Source of the DNA: Alphaproteobacteria bacterium
GTDB taxonomy: Bacteria; Pseudomonadota; Alphaproteobacteria; JAEULF01
Length of the DNA: 47,428 bases
NCBI GenBank assembly: GCA_016793965.1
Contig: JAEULF010000065.1
Span: forward strand, 1-47,428
Reading direction: 5' to 3'
Shown: one piece after another, positions 46,485 through 47,428 of the stretch
Layout: each line of letters starts with the position of its first letter
How positions within the stretch are numbered: the first letter of the stretch is position 1
Notes under the pieces: generated by a model
Told to the model about the DNA's origin: nothing
Seen by the model: the letters and a program-made list of their open reading frames with translations, nothing else
The model's database searches: none
Position numbers and translations under genes: made by a program

Positions 46485-47428
46485 ATGACGACGCCGGCGC
46501 ACCTGTCGGACGTTGGTGCCGAGATGGCGGAGCCCGAGCCCCTCGCATCGCTTGCGAGGCGCGCCGCTTATGCCGCCGGCCAGGGGTTGAAGCTCGCATC
46601 CTACTGGGCGCAGCACATGGCGGTGAGCCGCGCCGAGGCCCGCGCAGGCGCCGCGCCGCGACTCGATCCGGCCTTGGCCGCCGCGATGCCAGGCCCCGCA
46701 GCCGTGCGACGCGACCTGATGGCGCTGCTGCGGCGGGACGCCGAGAACGTCGCCGCCGGGGTCTACCGGATGCCGTCGGACCACTTCGAGAGCCCGGTCG
46801 CGATGCTGAGCCGCGCGCGCCGCTTCCTCGCAGACGCCTCGCGCGTGCGCGAGCGGCGGGCACGCAAGTCCAACAGCGAGGTGCTCACGCCGGACCGGCA
46901 CGGCAGGTTCCCGCGCTACTACCTGCAGAACTTCCACTACCAGACCGACGGGTACCTCTCTCCCGAATCGGCCGCGCTCTATGACCATCAGGTCGAGATC
47001 CTGTTCGGCGGCGGCGCGGACGCGATGCGGCGCCAGGCCCTCCCCCCGATCGCCGCGCATCTGCGCGCCGCCTGCGCCGGGGGCCGCAGGATCAAGGACC
47101 TCAGCCTCGCCGACATCGCCTGCGGCACCGGCAAGTTCCTCGTCGCCGTGAAGGAGAACTACCCGCGGCTGCCGGTGACCGGCATCGAGCTCAGTCCCGA
47201 CTACGTCGCCGAGGCGCGACGCAGGCTGGAGCCCTGGTCGTGGACCCGGTTGCTCGAAGCCAATGCCGAGCGCCTTCCGCTCGCCGACAGGAGCCAGGAC
47301 GTCGCCACCTGCATCTACCTGTTCCACGAGCTTCCGCGGCAGGTGCGCAGCCGCGTCGCCTCAGAGATCGCGCGCATCCTCAAGCCGGGCGGCCTTTTCG
47401 TCTTCGTCGATTCGATCCAGAAGGGCGA
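46485..47428 (+). CDS. Class I SAM-dependent methyltransferase, 3' end outside the window
   Basis: This ORF is absent from the supplied track because it has no stop in the window. ATG at 46485, 5 nt after AAGGAGG. Motifs [26 protein letters not shown] (motif I) and [11 protein letters not shown]. Confidence 0.7.
   Translation, partial: MTTPAHLSDVGAEMAEPEPLASLARRAAYAAGQGLKLASYWAQHMAVSRAEARAGAAPRLDPALAAAMPGPAAVRRDLMALLRRDAENVAAGVYRMPSDHFESPVAMLSRARRFLADASRVRERRARKSNSEVLTPDRHGRFPRYYLQNFHYQTDGYLSPESAALYDHQVEILFGGGADAMRRQALPPIAAHLRAACAGGRRIKDLSLADIACGTGKFLVAVKENYPRLPVTGIELSPDYVAEARRRLEPWSWTRLLEANAERLPLADRSQDVATCIYLFHELPRQVRSRVASEIARILKPGGLFVFVDSIQKG

Overview
This is a high-GC chromosomal segment. 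Gene content and order (TIGR02300/aroA-cmk-rpsA-ihfB-lapA, DUF2336, CheS-like STAS in a che operon) look alphaproteobacterial, probably Hyphomicrobiales/Rhizobiales-like. I found no rRNA, CRISPR array, transposase, integrase or phage genes. The window falls into three blocks. (1) 1-14.8 kb is a catabolic island. On the minus strand it carries a polar-amino-acid/opine-type ABC importer followed by two amidohydrolase-superfamily enzymes. Divergently, on the plus strand, it carries a three-subunit HcnABC/opine-oxidase/D-hydroxyproline-dehydrogenase-like flavoenzyme, a class III aminotransferase, a DHDPS-like lyase and a PuuE-like deacetylase. Flanking genes are an RraA-like fragment, an N-carbamoylsarcosine-amidase-like gene, a 2-hydroxyacid dehydrogenase and a usp gene preceded by a perfect FNR/FixK-type box. 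(2) 15.1-26.7 kb is a complete chemosensory cluster on the minus strand: STAS(CheS-like)-cheY-cheA-cheW-MCP with four PAS domains, then a 256-nt gap, then EAL-like-sensorless MCP-cheR-cheD-cheB, ending in a short BLUF blue-light photoreceptor gene. Both receptors appear cytoplasmic. The stand-alone EAL-like gene looks catalytically degenerate. No flagellar genes are in the window. This BLUF + degenerate-EAL + Che arrangement is the best candidate for an undescribed light/c-di-GMP-linked signalling system. (3) 27.4-47.4 kb is mostly housekeeping: ABC-F ATPase, tRNA-Ala(GGC), aroA, cmk, rpsA, ihfB, lapA-like, pgk, azlCD. Interspersed are an OCD + FAD-oxidase pair, a MacAB-like exporter, a NUDIX gene, DUF2336 and several small orphan ORFs. 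An apparent frameshifted membrane-protein gene lies between the che cluster and the ABC-F gene. All functional calls come from by-eye motif recognition and GC3/frame inspection, and no database search was possible. Many long ORFs in the supplied track are antisense or out-of-frame GC artefacts and are not reported as genes.
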